From assembly GCA_045645405.1 (NCBI GenBank), contig JAZRIQ010000025.1:7957-71956 (forward strand): a stretch of DNA of 64,000 bases, written 5' to 3'. This document shows, piece after piece, positions 28,118 to 37,459 of this stretch. Made by a program: the position numbers and the translations under genes. Within the stretch, counting starts at the first letter, position 1, and each line of letters starts with the position of its first letter. Below the pieces are notes generated by a model. The model was not told where the DNA came from. It was given only the letters and a program-made list of their open reading frames with translations, and made no database searches. The DNA is from Eubacteriales bacterium. Lineage in GTDB: Bacteria; Bacillota; Clostridia; Oscillospirales; CAG-272.

Positions 28118-28377
28118 GGGGGATAAATGTAAAATATATACAGTGGTTTGTATGTCGACAACAATTTTTCTAAATTACAATGAGATTTTTATGCAATTTG
28201 AATGTATATACACTTCTTTTTTTGAACAAAATATCATTTTTTTGTGCATTATTGCCATATATGAACTTTTTGTAAACATTTTGCTTAAAAAAGGAATTTT
28301 TTCGTCAGCTTACATTATATTACGTGTCGTCTGTATAAAGTGAGGACAAAGAACAATTCTTTCACCGCATGCGGTTT

Positions 28378-28416
28378 ACAAAACAAGCTTCCGCAGATTA
28401 AACAATCCGCAGAAGC
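28378..28416 (-). terminator. rho-independent terminator of the GH29-like gene
   Basis: Minus-strand stem gcuucugcggauu / aaucugcggaagc (2 G-U pairs) followed by UUGUUUUG. Confidence 0.6.
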
Positions 28417-28430
28417 TTTCGGTCGGTTCA

Positions 28431-29369
28431 TTATAGAGATTTTTTGATAAAGCGAAGCTGTTCCATCGTTGCTTCGGAAAATTTACCGCTACGGTAAGGA
28501 GCAACGTTGTAAGCAAAAACTCCATCGTTTTTCAAAACGTTTTTAATATAGGTAATAACTTTTTCGTTTGAATGAGCAGGAGTAGGCGTACCTAATTTTT
28601 CGTGAACCCAAAAATCATCCATCCAACAAAGAGCAAACCATTGTAGTCCACTCTCTCCGGAAAAACGATGTTCAGGCAGGAAGGCAAGATCGTTTTCTTC
28701 GCCTGCTTGAAAATCGGCAATTTCTCTGCCCCACTCACTTCCCCAATTTTCCGTTCCTCTGAAATTAAAGGCAACTATTGAATCAGGATTTCCGGCACGC
28801 AACGCCTCGGCATAGCGTTTATAGTCGTAACGGAGTCCTCTGCCTTCACAAATCCACGCTTCATAGCAGCAGTCTATCCACCAGCCAGCAATTTTGTCAC
28901 CGTACTTTTTAGAAATTGCTTCCGTTATTTTATAGCAATATTCAGCGTGTTCTTTCGGGTCTTCATAAAACTTTACCGTTTTATGATAGTCGGGGTCTGT
29001 GGAGCCTTCGCCATTGAAATATATCAATAATTTTATACCGTATTTTGCCAACTCGTCGGAAATTTCGCCAATCAAATCACGCTTTGCGGTATGATTGGGA
29101 ACTATTTCATCAAGCTCCTTCAATGGAAATGGAAGGTGTAAATCCGCGTGAGAGGTTGTGATAAACAAGAATTTTGCGCCTGCCTCTTGTACCTGCTTAC
29201 AAAATGCCTGCACGTCAAATTCTTCTACTGCTTGAAAATAGTCTTGTAGTCTTTTATGATACGGCTTATTCAAATCCTCTTCGGTTGCGTTTTCCGGTAA
29301 TGAAAACGAAGTCCAATGGACGAACAGTCCATAGCCCGCCTCTTTAAACCATAACGTTCTATCGTTCAT
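28431..29369 (-). CDS. GH29-like alpha-L-fucosidase family protein (short form)
   Basis: N-terminal WFKEAGYGLFVHW and FDVQAFCKQVQEAGAKFLFITTSH blocks and a GWWID block resemble the GH29 catalytic domain. It is only 312 aa with no signal peptide. Confidence 0.45.
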   Translation of the reverse strand: MNDRTLWFKEAGYGLFVHWTSFSLPENATEEDLNKPYHKRLQDYFQAVEEFDVQAFCKQVQEAGAKFLFITTSHADLHLPFPLKELDEIVPNHTAKRDLIGEISDELAKYGIKLLIYFNGEGSTDPDYHKTVKFYEDPKEHAEYCYKITEAISKKYGDKIAGWWIDCCYEAWICEGRGLRYDYKRYAEALRAGNPDSIVAFNFRGTENWGSEWGREIADFQAGEENDLAFLPEHRFSGESGLQWFALCWMDDFWVHEKLGTPTPAHSNEKVITYIKNVLKNDGVFAYNVAPYRSGKFSEATMEQLRFIKKSL

Positions 29370-29508
29370 ATTTACTCCTCTTAGTTTAGTTTTATGAGTA
29401 TATGATACTATTTATGAGAATATTTGTCAATGATTTATTCAAAATATGAACTACTTTTTAATCCTATGTGATGATTAAATGATTTTTTTACTTTTTCGAC
29501 TTTTTTTA

Positions 29509-29537
29509 TTGACAGTATTTTTTTAGAATTGTATAAT
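29509..29537 (+). promoter_or_regulatory. sigma-A promoter (TTGACA-17-TATAAT)
   Basis: Perfect hexamers at 29509-29514 and 29532-29537, upstream of the ABC gene. Confidence 0.6.
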
Positions 29538-29553
29538 GTTTTTATAGATAATT

Positions 29554-32220
29554 ATGGAGGGTAATATGCTTAAATTAAATAACATTACCAAAAGATACAT
29601 TACGGGTGACACCTCCGTCAATGCGCTCCGCGGTGTTTCTTTGGAATTTCGCAAAAGCGAATTCGTTTCTATTTTAGGTCAATCAGGTTGCGGTAAGACA
29701 ACGCTGCTTAACATCATAGGCGGTCTTGACAAATACACAAGCGGAGATCTTATTATCAACGGAGTTTCCACCAAGGAATACGAGGATGGCGACTGGGACT
29801 CTTACAGAAACCATTCTATCGGCTTCGTATTTCAAAGCTACAATTTAATTCCACATCAAACCGTTCTTTCCAACGTAGAATTGGCTCTTACTCTTTCGGG
29901 AGTTTCCAAGACGGAAAGAAGAAATCGCGCTATACAGGCTCTTGAACGCGTAGGACTTGGAGATCAGCTAAACAAAAAGCCTAACCAAATGTCGGGCGGT
30001 CAGATGCAAAGAGTTGCTATTGCAAGAGCTTTAGTAAACAATCCCGATATTCTTTTGGCTGACGAGCCAACGGGTGCTCTTGACAGCGAAACCAGCGTAC
30101 AGATTATGGAAATTCTTAAGGAAATTTCCAAGGATAAGTTAGTTATTATGGTAACTCACAATCCAGATTTGGCAAAGGAATATTCCACGAGAATTATCAA
30201 TCTTTTAGACGGTCTTGTAATTTCCGATTCCGACCCTTATACGTCGGACACTGACTCCGTTAAAGGCGAGGAGGTTTTAAGCAAGAAGGAGACGAAAAAA
30301 GGCAAGAAGAAAAAATCAATGTCCTTCTTTACTGCTCTTTCACTTTCCTTGAACAATCTTTTAACAAAGAAAAGCAGAACGTTTTTAACGTCCTTTGCAG
30401 GCTCTATCGGTATTATCGGTATCGCTCTTATTCTTTCGGTATCAACGGGTGTAAACGCATATATTACCAGCGTTGAGGAAAGTACTATGTCCTCTTATCC
30501 GCTTACATTCCAAGAAAGCACGATGGATTCCAGCGCACTTTTAGCGTCCTTCCTTTCCAACGTCAACAACACTACAGAGCAGGACCCCGATAAAATTTAC
30601 TCAAACGACATTATGGCTTCCGTAATTGACGGTATTAACGCCGGTATTACCACAAACAACTTGAAGCTTTTCAAGGAATACGTTGAAACATCAGGTATAA
30701 AGGATTACAGCGTTGATATTAAGTACAATTATTCGGCACATTTGAATACCTACTACATTACTCAAAACGGAAATTCAACAGAGTACAATAAAACGTACGA
30801 CAATCTTGGCGAGTTAATGCTTGATGCAGAAATTTTAGACGAGTCAGTTATGAATTCTTCCGCTATGATGGGCGCTTCTCCTTGGATTGAGCTTATCGGC
30901 GACAACACCTACATTGAGTCTCAATACGATTTAATTGACGGTCACTTCCCTATGAAGGACAATCAAATTGTGCTTATTGTAGATGCAAACAAGCAAATTA
31001 CCGACTACGTTCTTTATTCCCTTGGAATTAAGGACATTAAGGTGTTGAAGGACTACGTTGACAAATTAAAGGAAGCAAAAGAAAAGGGTGAGGTTCTTAC
31101 CGAAAAGCTTCCGCAAAGCTCATACACTTTCGATGAGATTTACGGCTATAAATTCAAGGTGCTTCTCGATTCTGATTTCTACGAATACGTAGAGGTTAAG
31201 GACGCTGACGGAAACGTAGTAAGCCAAACTATTATTGATAGAACAAATCAAGAAATTGCCGAAAACAAAGCATTTATTGATGCAAAGATGGAAAATGCGC
31301 GCGAGCTTGAAATCGTTGGCATTATTTGCGCAAAGGAAAGCTCCGTAACAGCCTCAAGCGTTGGCTCTATCGGTTACACAACCGCGCTTATGACCTCTAT
31401 TATCAATGATATTAACGGCAGCGATGTAGTTAAGGCTCAATTGGAAAATGAAAAAACAAATCTCTTTACCGGCTTTGAGTTCAAGGGCTATACTCTTGAA
31501 ATGGCAGGTGCTTTAAGAGAGGAGCTTCAAAAGAACCCTGTGTATGCGCCTTACCTTGGATTCATCACTGACGAGCAGTTAATTGATATGGTAAACGAGC
31601 AAATCGGCTCCTACAAGGGCAACCTTAAGAAGCTTGGCTACGTTGATTTTGATTCTCCTTCATCTATTTTAGTTTATCCAAAGGATTTTGAAGCTAAAGA
31701 CGCTATTACGGATTTAGTTTCAGAATACAATAAAAATGCAACCAAGGAAAATAAAATCACCTATACGGACACGGTTGCTTTGCTTATGAGTTCCGTTACA
31801 ACTATCATTAACGCTATTTCCTACGTGCTTATTGCTTTCGTTGCAATTTCACTTATTGTTTCTTCTATTATGATTGGAGTAATCACCTTGATTTCGGTTC
31901 AAGAAAGAACGAAGGAAATCGGCGTGCTTCGTTCCATTGGTGCTTCAAAACGGGACGTATCGAGAGTATTTAATGCAGAAACGCTGATTGTGGGATTCGG
32001 AGCGGGAATACTTGGTATTTTAGTCTCACTTATTCTTATTGTGTTTATCAATATTATTCTCTACTCTCTTACCCAGCTTGCAACGTTGAAGGCTGTTTTA
32101 CCGTTCGGTGCGGCGGTGATTTTGGTGGCTATAAGTATGGTATTAACTCTTATTTCAGGAATTATTCCTTCACGAGCTGCGGCTAAAAAGGACCCTGTAA
32201 TTGCATTGCGTACGGAGTAA
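29554..32220 (+). CDS. fused ABC transporter ATPase plus FtsX/MacB-type permease
   Basis: Walker A GQSGCGKTT, signature MSGGQMQRVAIARAL and Walker B LLADEPT. A TM helix follows, then a roughly 460-aa extracytoplasmic region and a C-terminal FtsX 3-TM bundle. An alternative start ATG at 29566 is closer to GGAGGG. Confidence 0.85.
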   Translation: MEGNMLKLNNITKRYITGDTSVNALRGVSLEFRKSEFVSILGQSGCGKTTLLNIIGGLDKYTSGDLIINGVSTKEYEDGDWDSYRNHSIGFVFQSYNLIPHQTVLSNVELALTLSGVSKTERRNRAIQALERVGLGDQLNKKPNQMSGGQMQRVAIARALVNNPDILLADEPTGALDSETSVQIMEILKEISKDKLVIMVTHNPDLAKEYSTRIINLLDGLVISDSDPYTSDTDSVKGEEVLSKKETKKGKKKKSMSFFTALSLSLNNLLTKKSRTFLTSFAGSIGIIGIALILSVSTGVNAYITSVEESTMSSYPLTFQESTMDSSALLASFLSNVNNTTEQDPDKIYSNDIMASVIDGINAGITTNNLKLFKEYVETSGIKDYSVDIKYNYSAHLNTYYITQNGNSTEYNKTYDNLGELMLDAEILDESVMNSSAMMGASPWIELIGDNTYIESQYDLIDGHFPMKDNQIVLIVDANKQITDYVLYSLGIKDIKVLKDYVDKLKEAKEKGEVLTEKLPQSSYTFDEIYGYKFKVLLDSDFYEYVEVKDADGNVVSQTIIDRTNQEIAENKAFIDAKMENARELEIVGIICAKESSVTASSVGSIGYTTALMTSIINDINGSDVVKAQLENEKTNLFTGFEFKGYTLEMAGALREELQKNPVYAPYLGFITDEQLIDMVNEQIGSYKGNLKKLGYVDFDSPSSILVYPKDFEAKDAITDLVSEYNKNATKENKITYTDTVALLMSSVTTIINAISYVLIAFVAISLIVSSIMIGVITLISVQERTKEIGVLRSIGASKRDVSRVFNAETLIVGFGAGILGILVSLILIVFINIILYSLTQLATLKAVLPFGAAVILVAISMVLTLISGIIPSRAAAKKDPVIALRTE

Positions 32221-32223
32221 TAA

Positions 32224-32251
32224 TTAGCAGTTAGCCGTTAGCGGTTAGCAG
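32224..32251. repeat. four tandem heptamers TTAGCAG TTAGCCG TTAGCGG TTAGCAG
   Basis: Read directly from the sequence, just after the ABC stop and before its terminator. Confidence 0.8.
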
Positions 32252-32255
32252 ACAA

Positions 32256-32287
32256 CAAAAAACGCTATCATCTGATAGCGTTTTTTT
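32256..32287 (+). terminator. rho-independent terminator of the ABC gene
   Basis: Stem cgctatc / gatagcg followed by TTTTTTT. Confidence 0.7.
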
Positions 32288-32347
32288 GTTGCTTTTTCAG
32301 TGAAAATGTTGTATAGTATAGTTGTAATACATTTTAAGGAGATTATT

Positions 32348-34357
32348 ATGACGCAAGCAAAATGGATTTGGTATCCCGGTAGCCTTGAATTATATCACGG
32401 AATGCTTTTAACAAACAGGCGTACGGAGGCACGGACGCTTCAAGACGGAACACGAAAAAGCGTTTATTACTATCCTATGTGGAGAGTTGATGGTCCGAAA
32501 AAAAACGCTACCTTATACAAGGAGGCGGACATTACAGAGGAGGAAACCATTGAGTTTTACGCAAATTGGAACACCGTGCGAATCAACGTTGACGGCGTTT
32601 CTTACCCCGTTTGCTCCAAAATCTTATTAAAGCCCGGGCATCACACGGTAACAGTTAGCGGATTTCACCCACACAGCTTTCCTGCCTTTTACATAAAGGG
32701 CAACGTATTTGCCAGTGACAGAACGTATTTGGTTGGTCCTGATGACGAATATGCGGGCAGGCATGCGGGATGCAGTGATTTATACGTATATTTAGACGAT
32801 TCCGTTGAGGAGTTTCCTTTTGAGTACGAGAATATCGACCCCGTATCGACAAAGCACATAAACGGCGGTATTCTTTTTGATTTCGGCAAGGAAATTTTCG
32901 GTGAGATTTGCGTAGATGAGGAATCCGATGAGGACGCGCGGGAATTTGACGTATATCTTGGCGAATCCTACGAGGAAGCGCTCGACACCGAGCATTCGCA
33001 CCTTATGGCGCATCTTGTTTATGACGACAGTCCAATGTGTACTAAGCCGATGGCATTCAGATACGTATTTATTCCAAATATGGATTTAGACGTTAAGCTT
33101 TTTGCGGAACTACAGTATTTACCTCTTGAAAACCGTGGCTCTTTCAGATGCGACAACGAATTTATAAATAAAATTTGGGACACCTGCGCTTACACTATGC
33201 TTTTAAATTCACGCGAGGGATTTTTTGACGGAATCAAGCGCGACAGATGGGTGTGGAGCGGCGACGCTTATCAAAGCTATCTTGTAAATTACTATCTTGC
33301 TTGCGACAAGGATATTGTAAGACGTACCGTAAGAATGCTTCGCGGCGCTGACCCTATCAAAAAGCACATAAACACTATTTGCGATTACACGTTTTTATGG
33401 CTTTGCAGTATTTGGGACTACTATTTTTACACGGGAGATAAGGATTTTCTTTGTGACATTTACCCCGATATGCTTGATATTCTTACATTTATCGAGGGAC
33501 GACTCGGAAAGAACAAAATGTATGAAAGAAAACCTGACGACTGGGTGTTTATCGACTGGTCAACCTTTGATTCCAACGGCCCTATGTGCGCTGAACAAAT
33601 GGTGCTTTGCCGTGCTTATGAAAGTCTTGGAAAGTGCGCCTCTGTGGTTGGCGACAAGACAATGGCGGCGAAATGCAAAAAGCGCTTTGAATATTTGAAG
33701 GAGCAGATAAATCTCCTTTACTGGAATGATGATAAAGGTGCATTTATTGACGATTACGCTTCCGGCAAAAACAACGTAACAAGACACGCTAACATTTTTG
33801 CTTTACTTTTCGACTACACTACTGATGAAAGAAAAGAAAAAATCACTAAAAACGTAATTTTCAACAAGGAAATTACGCCGATTACTACTCCTTACTTTGA
33901 ATTTTATGAGCTTGACGCTATGTGTCAGCTTGGCAATTTCAAATACTTTACCGATATGCTTGACAGCTATTGGGGCGGTATGCTTCGCCTTGGTGCTACT
34001 ACTATTTGGGAAGAGTTCGACCCTAAAAAGAGTGGAATCGAGCATTACGAAATGTACGGCGGAAAGTATGAAAAGAGCCTTTGCCACGCTTGGGGCGCTT
34101 CACCTATTTATCTTCTCGGAAAATACGCTTTAGGCGTTGTACCAACAAAAGCAGGATTCGAAAGCTATACGGTTAGTCCCAACTTGATGGCGTTTAATGA
34201 AATTGAGGGAAAGGTGCCTACCCCTTTTGGTGAAATTTACGTTAAGGCAAACAAAAACGAAATATCCGTTCTTTCACCTATTGACGGCGGTACGCTTGTT
34301 TACAAGGGTAAGGAATACAAAATCATTAAGAATGAAGCCTTGACAATTAAAGCATAA
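32348..34357 (+). CDS. GH78-like six-hairpin glycosidase (alpha-L-rhamnosidase family)
   Basis: The block FDGIKRDRWVWSGDAYQ and an (alpha/alpha)6-type C-terminal half resemble bacterial rhamnosidases. The start is set at MTQAKWIWYPG (ATG at 32348) with AAGGAG upstream. Confidence 0.5.
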   Translation: MTQAKWIWYPGSLELYHGMLLTNRRTEARTLQDGTRKSVYYYPMWRVDGPKKNATLYKEADITEEETIEFYANWNTVRINVDGVSYPVCSKILLKPGHHTVTVSGFHPHSFPAFYIKGNVFASDRTYLVGPDDEYAGRHAGCSDLYVYLDDSVEEFPFEYENIDPVSTKHINGGILFDFGKEIFGEICVDEESDEDAREFDVYLGESYEEALDTEHSHLMAHLVYDDSPMCTKPMAFRYVFIPNMDLDVKLFAELQYLPLENRGSFRCDNEFINKIWDTCAYTMLLNSREGFFDGIKRDRWVWSGDAYQSYLVNYYLACDKDIVRRTVRMLRGADPIKKHINTICDYTFLWLCSIWDYYFYTGDKDFLCDIYPDMLDILTFIEGRLGKNKMYERKPDDWVFIDWSTFDSNGPMCAEQMVLCRAYESLGKCASVVGDKTMAAKCKKRFEYLKEQINLLYWNDDKGAFIDDYASGKNNVTRHANIFALLFDYTTDERKEKITKNVIFNKEITPITTPYFEFYELDAMCQLGNFKYFTDMLDSYWGGMLRLGATTIWEEFDPKKSGIEHYEMYGGKYEKSLCHAWGASPIYLLGKYALGVVPTKAGFESYTVSPNLMAFNEIEGKVPTPFGEIYVKANKNEISVLSPIDGGTLVYKGKEYKIIKNEALTIKA

Positions 34358-34395
34358 AAAATCCCGTTGCGAACAGTATTCGCAACGGGATTTTA
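34356..34395. terminator. bidirectional terminator between convergent genes
   Basis: Stem atcccgttgcgaa / ttcgcaacgggat, flanked by A and T runs. Confidence 0.75.
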
Positions 34396-34397
34396 TT

Positions 34398-35858
34398 TTA
34401 CTTTAATTTAGCAACAAGGTCAAGGATTTCAAGCTCTTTTTGGAGATTGTAAAGGTCTGTATTATCATCAATTACAACAAGCTCTGTGTCTGTTAATTTA
34501 GCAAAAAGCTTCACATCCTCAACTGTAAGAGCAGTTGAAACAACAGTATGGTGAGCGCCGCCTGCATATATCCAAGCAGCAGCACCGTCAGCATGATTTG
34601 GCTTTAGCTTCCACATAATTCTTGCAACAGGAAGCTTTGGCATTGGCTTCGGTTGCTTTACAAGCTCAATTGATGCACAGATAAGTCTGAAGCGGTCGCC
34701 CATATCAATCATACATACTGCAACGCCGTCGCCTTCAACTCCGTCAAATACAAGTCTTGCCGGTGGCTCTTTTCCGCCGATGCCGAGCTGATGAACCTCG
34801 ATTTTTGGTTGAGTTGAAGCAAAGTCCGGAGAAACCTCAAGCATGTGTGAGCCGAGAACCATTTCATCACCCTTTGTGAAATCGTACGTATAATCCTCCA
34901 TAAAGCCTGTTGAACCTTTTCTGCCTTTAGCCATTTCGCAGAAAATTGCATTAAGAGCTGCTGTCTTATAGTCACCCTCTGCGCCAAAGCCGATGCCCTT
35001 AGCCATCATTCTTTGAGTTGCAAGTCCGGGGAGTTGCTTCATGCCGTGTAAATCCTGGAAAGTATCAGTATATGCGCCGAAGTTGCCTTCCTTTAAAAAC
35101 TTATCGAGAGCGATTTCGTACTTTGCCTGCTCCTTAACTGCGTCAAGGTTATCCGTATTCATTACGTAGAGGTCATTATACTCAGCCATTTTTGCATTTA
35201 ATTCATCCTCTGTAACTGCATTTACAAGTGCAACAAGGTCGCCGATTCCGTAATAATTTACGTTCCAGCCATACTTGATTTGGCTTTCTACTCTATCACC
35301 GTCAGTTACTGAAACCTCTCTCATATTGCTACCGAACATAGCAACGTTCAAGTTCTTTGAAAAATCAACTGCTCTTGCAACGTCAAGGAACTTCTTAATC
35401 TTTTCGATAACGTCATCGTGCTTATAGTATCCAACAACCACCTCACGCTTTACGCCAAGACGTGTACACATAAAGCCGTATTCACGTCCGCCGTGTGCGG
35501 TTTGGTTAAGGTTCATAAAGTCCATATCAATTTCATCATAAGGAAGCTTTTCGTTAGCCTGTGTATGGAAGTGTAAAAGAGGCTTCTTTAAAAGTTGAAG
35601 ACCTTTGATCCACATTTTTGCAGGGCTAAAGGTGTGCATCCATGTAATGACTGCGATACAGTCGTTGTCGTTTGTAGCTTTTTTGCAAAGCTCAACACAG
35701 CTTGCTTCATCTCTTACTATACCGATATACTCAATTTTTACATCCTCAATCTTCTTATCAAGGTACTTTGCAATTACCTTTGAGTCCTTTGCAACGTTAA
35801 GTAAGCATTCCTCTCCGTAGAGGTCCTGGCTACCTGTTATAAAATAAACCTTTTTCAT
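34398..35858 (-). CDS. araA: L-arabinose isomerase
   Basis: 486 aa. The N-terminus ...FITGSQDLYGEE... and the overall length are typical of AraA. Confidence 0.8.
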   Translation of the reverse strand: MKKVYFITGSQDLYGEECLLNVAKDSKVIAKYLDKKIEDVKIEYIGIVRDEASCVELCKKATNDNDCIAVITWMHTFSPAKMWIKGLQLLKKPLLHFHTQANEKLPYDEIDMDFMNLNQTAHGGREYGFMCTRLGVKREVVVGYYKHDDVIEKIKKFLDVARAVDFSKNLNVAMFGSNMREVSVTDGDRVESQIKYGWNVNYYGIGDLVALVNAVTEDELNAKMAEYNDLYVMNTDNLDAVKEQAKYEIALDKFLKEGNFGAYTDTFQDLHGMKQLPGLATQRMMAKGIGFGAEGDYKTAALNAIFCEMAKGRKGSTGFMEDYTYDFTKGDEMVLGSHMLEVSPDFASTQPKIEVHQLGIGGKEPPARLVFDGVEGDGVAVCMIDMGDRFRLICASIELVKQPKPMPKLPVARIMWKLKPNHADGAAAWIYAGGAHHTVVSTALTVEDVKLFAKLTDTELVVIDDNTDLYNLQKELEILDLVAKLK

Positions 35859-35879
35859 TTTTATATCTCCTTTAAATAA

Positions 35880-36329
35880 TTAGCGTTTATTTTCAAGCGC
35901 CATCACCATATCAACTCTGGTTTGGTGTCTGCCGCCTTCAAAATCGGTATTTATAAATATATCGGCAATATCGCAAGCAAGTCCTGCGCCTATTACTCTT
36001 GCGCCCATACAAAGCACGTTTGCATCGTTATGGAGTCTTGTAAAGCGGGCCGAAAAGGTATCTGTACAGCAAGCGGCACGAATGCCCTTGCATTTGTTTG
36101 CTGCCATACTCATTCCAATGCCTGTGCCGCAAACTAAAATACCAAGCTCCTCCTTACCCTCTCTTACTGCTGTGCATACCTTTTCCGCATAATCGGGATA
36201 ATTACAGCTATCAGGTGTATAGGTGCCATAATCCACAACCGCCACTCCCTGCGCTTCCAGGTGCTTTTTGATTTCTTCCTTTAAATCAAGGGCTGCATGG
36301 TCGCATGCTATTGCAATTTTTCTTTTCAT
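35880..36329 (-). CDS. rpiB: ribose-5-phosphate isomerase B
   Basis: 149 aa. RpiB/LacAB family motifs (IAIACDHAA, CGTGIGMSMAANK). Confidence 0.85.
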   Translation of the reverse strand: MKRKIAIACDHAALDLKEEIKKHLEAQGVAVVDYGTYTPDSCNYPDYAEKVCTAVREGKEELGILVCGTGIGMSMAANKCKGIRAACCTDTFSARFTRLHNDANVLCMGARVIGAGLACDIADIFINTDFEGGRHQTRVDMVMALENKR

Positions 36330-37018
36330 TAATTATTTTCCTCTTTTAGTTTTTCTTCTCTTTCACGCTCTGCCTGTGGCTTACGCAAATATTCCACACT
36401 TAATTCTCTATCGCTGACGCTTTCGTTGTTTTGTAGCTTTTTATATGCAATTTTACCAACGGAAAAGGCGTTCTGATAGCGAAGCATTTCAGGGGTGGAT
36501 TTTAAATTTTTGATGGCTTGGTTTTCTATAAGTGAGTATCCGTCTCCTACGAAATATATACTTTCACCGTATTCCTCCAACCTTGGAATAAGGTCGGATA
36601 GCATCATACAAGTATCGTCAATTATACGCTTACCGTTTAAGAATGCACCCGTATAAACCTGCCCGCGTCTTGCATTCATTATAGGACAAACTATTCCGCT
36701 AAAGCATTCTAAATTTTGAGCTAACGCCTCAATTGTGCTTACCTCAACACATTTTTTGTCCTTACCGAAGGCAAGTCCTTTAACTGTTGCAACACCTATG
36801 CGCACACCGGTGAACGAGCCGGGGCCGTTAGATACTGCATAAGCGTCAATTTCATCATTTGAAACATTCAAGGTGGTTAAAAGGTGCTTTACCATAGGCA
36901 AAAGAGTTTCGCTGTGAGTGTTTTTTGTGTTGGCGGTATATATGCCCAGTAGCGTTTCGTTTTCAAGTAAAGCTACGGTGGATGTATTTGCAGTAGAGTC
37001 TATTGCTAAAATTTTCAT
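36329..37018 (-). CDS. tsaB: tRNA t6A37 biosynthesis protein TsaB
   Basis: N-terminal MKILAIDSTANT..., an ASKHA fold and its position after tsaE. Confidence 0.8.
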   Translation of the reverse strand: MKILAIDSTANTSTVALLENETLLGIYTANTKNTHSETLLPMVKHLLTTLNVSNDEIDAYAVSNGPGSFTGVRIGVATVKGLAFGKDKKCVEVSTIEALAQNLECFSGIVCPIMNARRGQVYTGAFLNGKRIIDDTCMMLSDLIPRLEEYGESIYFVGDGYSLIENQAIKNLKSTPEMLRYQNAFSVGKIAYKKLQNNESVSDRELSVEYLRKPQAEREREEKLKEENN

Positions 37019-37458
37019 TTTCCCACCTCACCTTTCTCTATGGTGATTTTGCGCGCATTTTCGTTGTCGCTTACTCTTTCGATAGTTACCTTGTATGCAT
37101 CGGTTGGGATAGAATCGGGAATATTCTCGCTCCATTCCACAACGCAAATACCCTTTTGTACGTAATCGTCAAATCCCATAGCATAAAGCTCATCATCATC
37201 TTCTATTCTGTAAACGTCAAAGTGATAGAATGGAATTTTTCCACCCTTGTATTCGTTTACAATAGTAAAGGTGGGGCTTTTCACTCTTGCACCCGGAGAT
37301 AAAACAGAGGCAAGACCTCGCACAAATGCTGTTTTGCCAACTCCAAGATCGCCATACATAGCTATAAATTCACTCTTCCCATTATTTACAGTTAGCGCAA
37401 ATTCGGCGGCTATTTTTTCTGTTTCTTCCGAAGAATAGGTATAAATTTCTCTTTTCAT
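37015..37458 (-). CDS. tsaE: tRNA t6A37 biosynthesis ATPase TsaE
   Basis: Walker A GDLGVGKT. The start is set at MKREIYTY (ATG at 37458), directly after the fhs stop; the track start at 37500 overlaps fhs. Confidence 0.8.
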   Translation of the reverse strand: MKREIYTYSSEETEKIAAEFALTVNNGKSEFIAMYGDLGVGKTAFVRGLASVLSPGARVKSPTFTIVNEYKGGKIPFYHFDVYRIEDDDELYAMGFDDYVQKGICVVEWSENIPDSIPTDAYKVTIERVSDNENARKITIEKGEVGK

Positions 37459-37459
37459 A

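Noticed and set aside
28020-28343. 107-aa ORF in the 435-nt AT-rich gap upstream of the giant gene.
   Set aside because: It has no SD and low-complexity, hydrophobic, AT-driven composition. It overlaps the mapped promoter and 5' UTR of the giant gene on the other strand. It is most likely non-coding.
29391-29425. Direct repeat TTTATGAGTATAT / TTTATGAGAATAT in the divergent promoter region between the GH29-like and ABC genes; considered as an operator.
   Set aside because: It is short, AT-rich and lies in an AT-rich spacer. No regulator gene is adjacent, so it cannot be distinguished from chance by eye.
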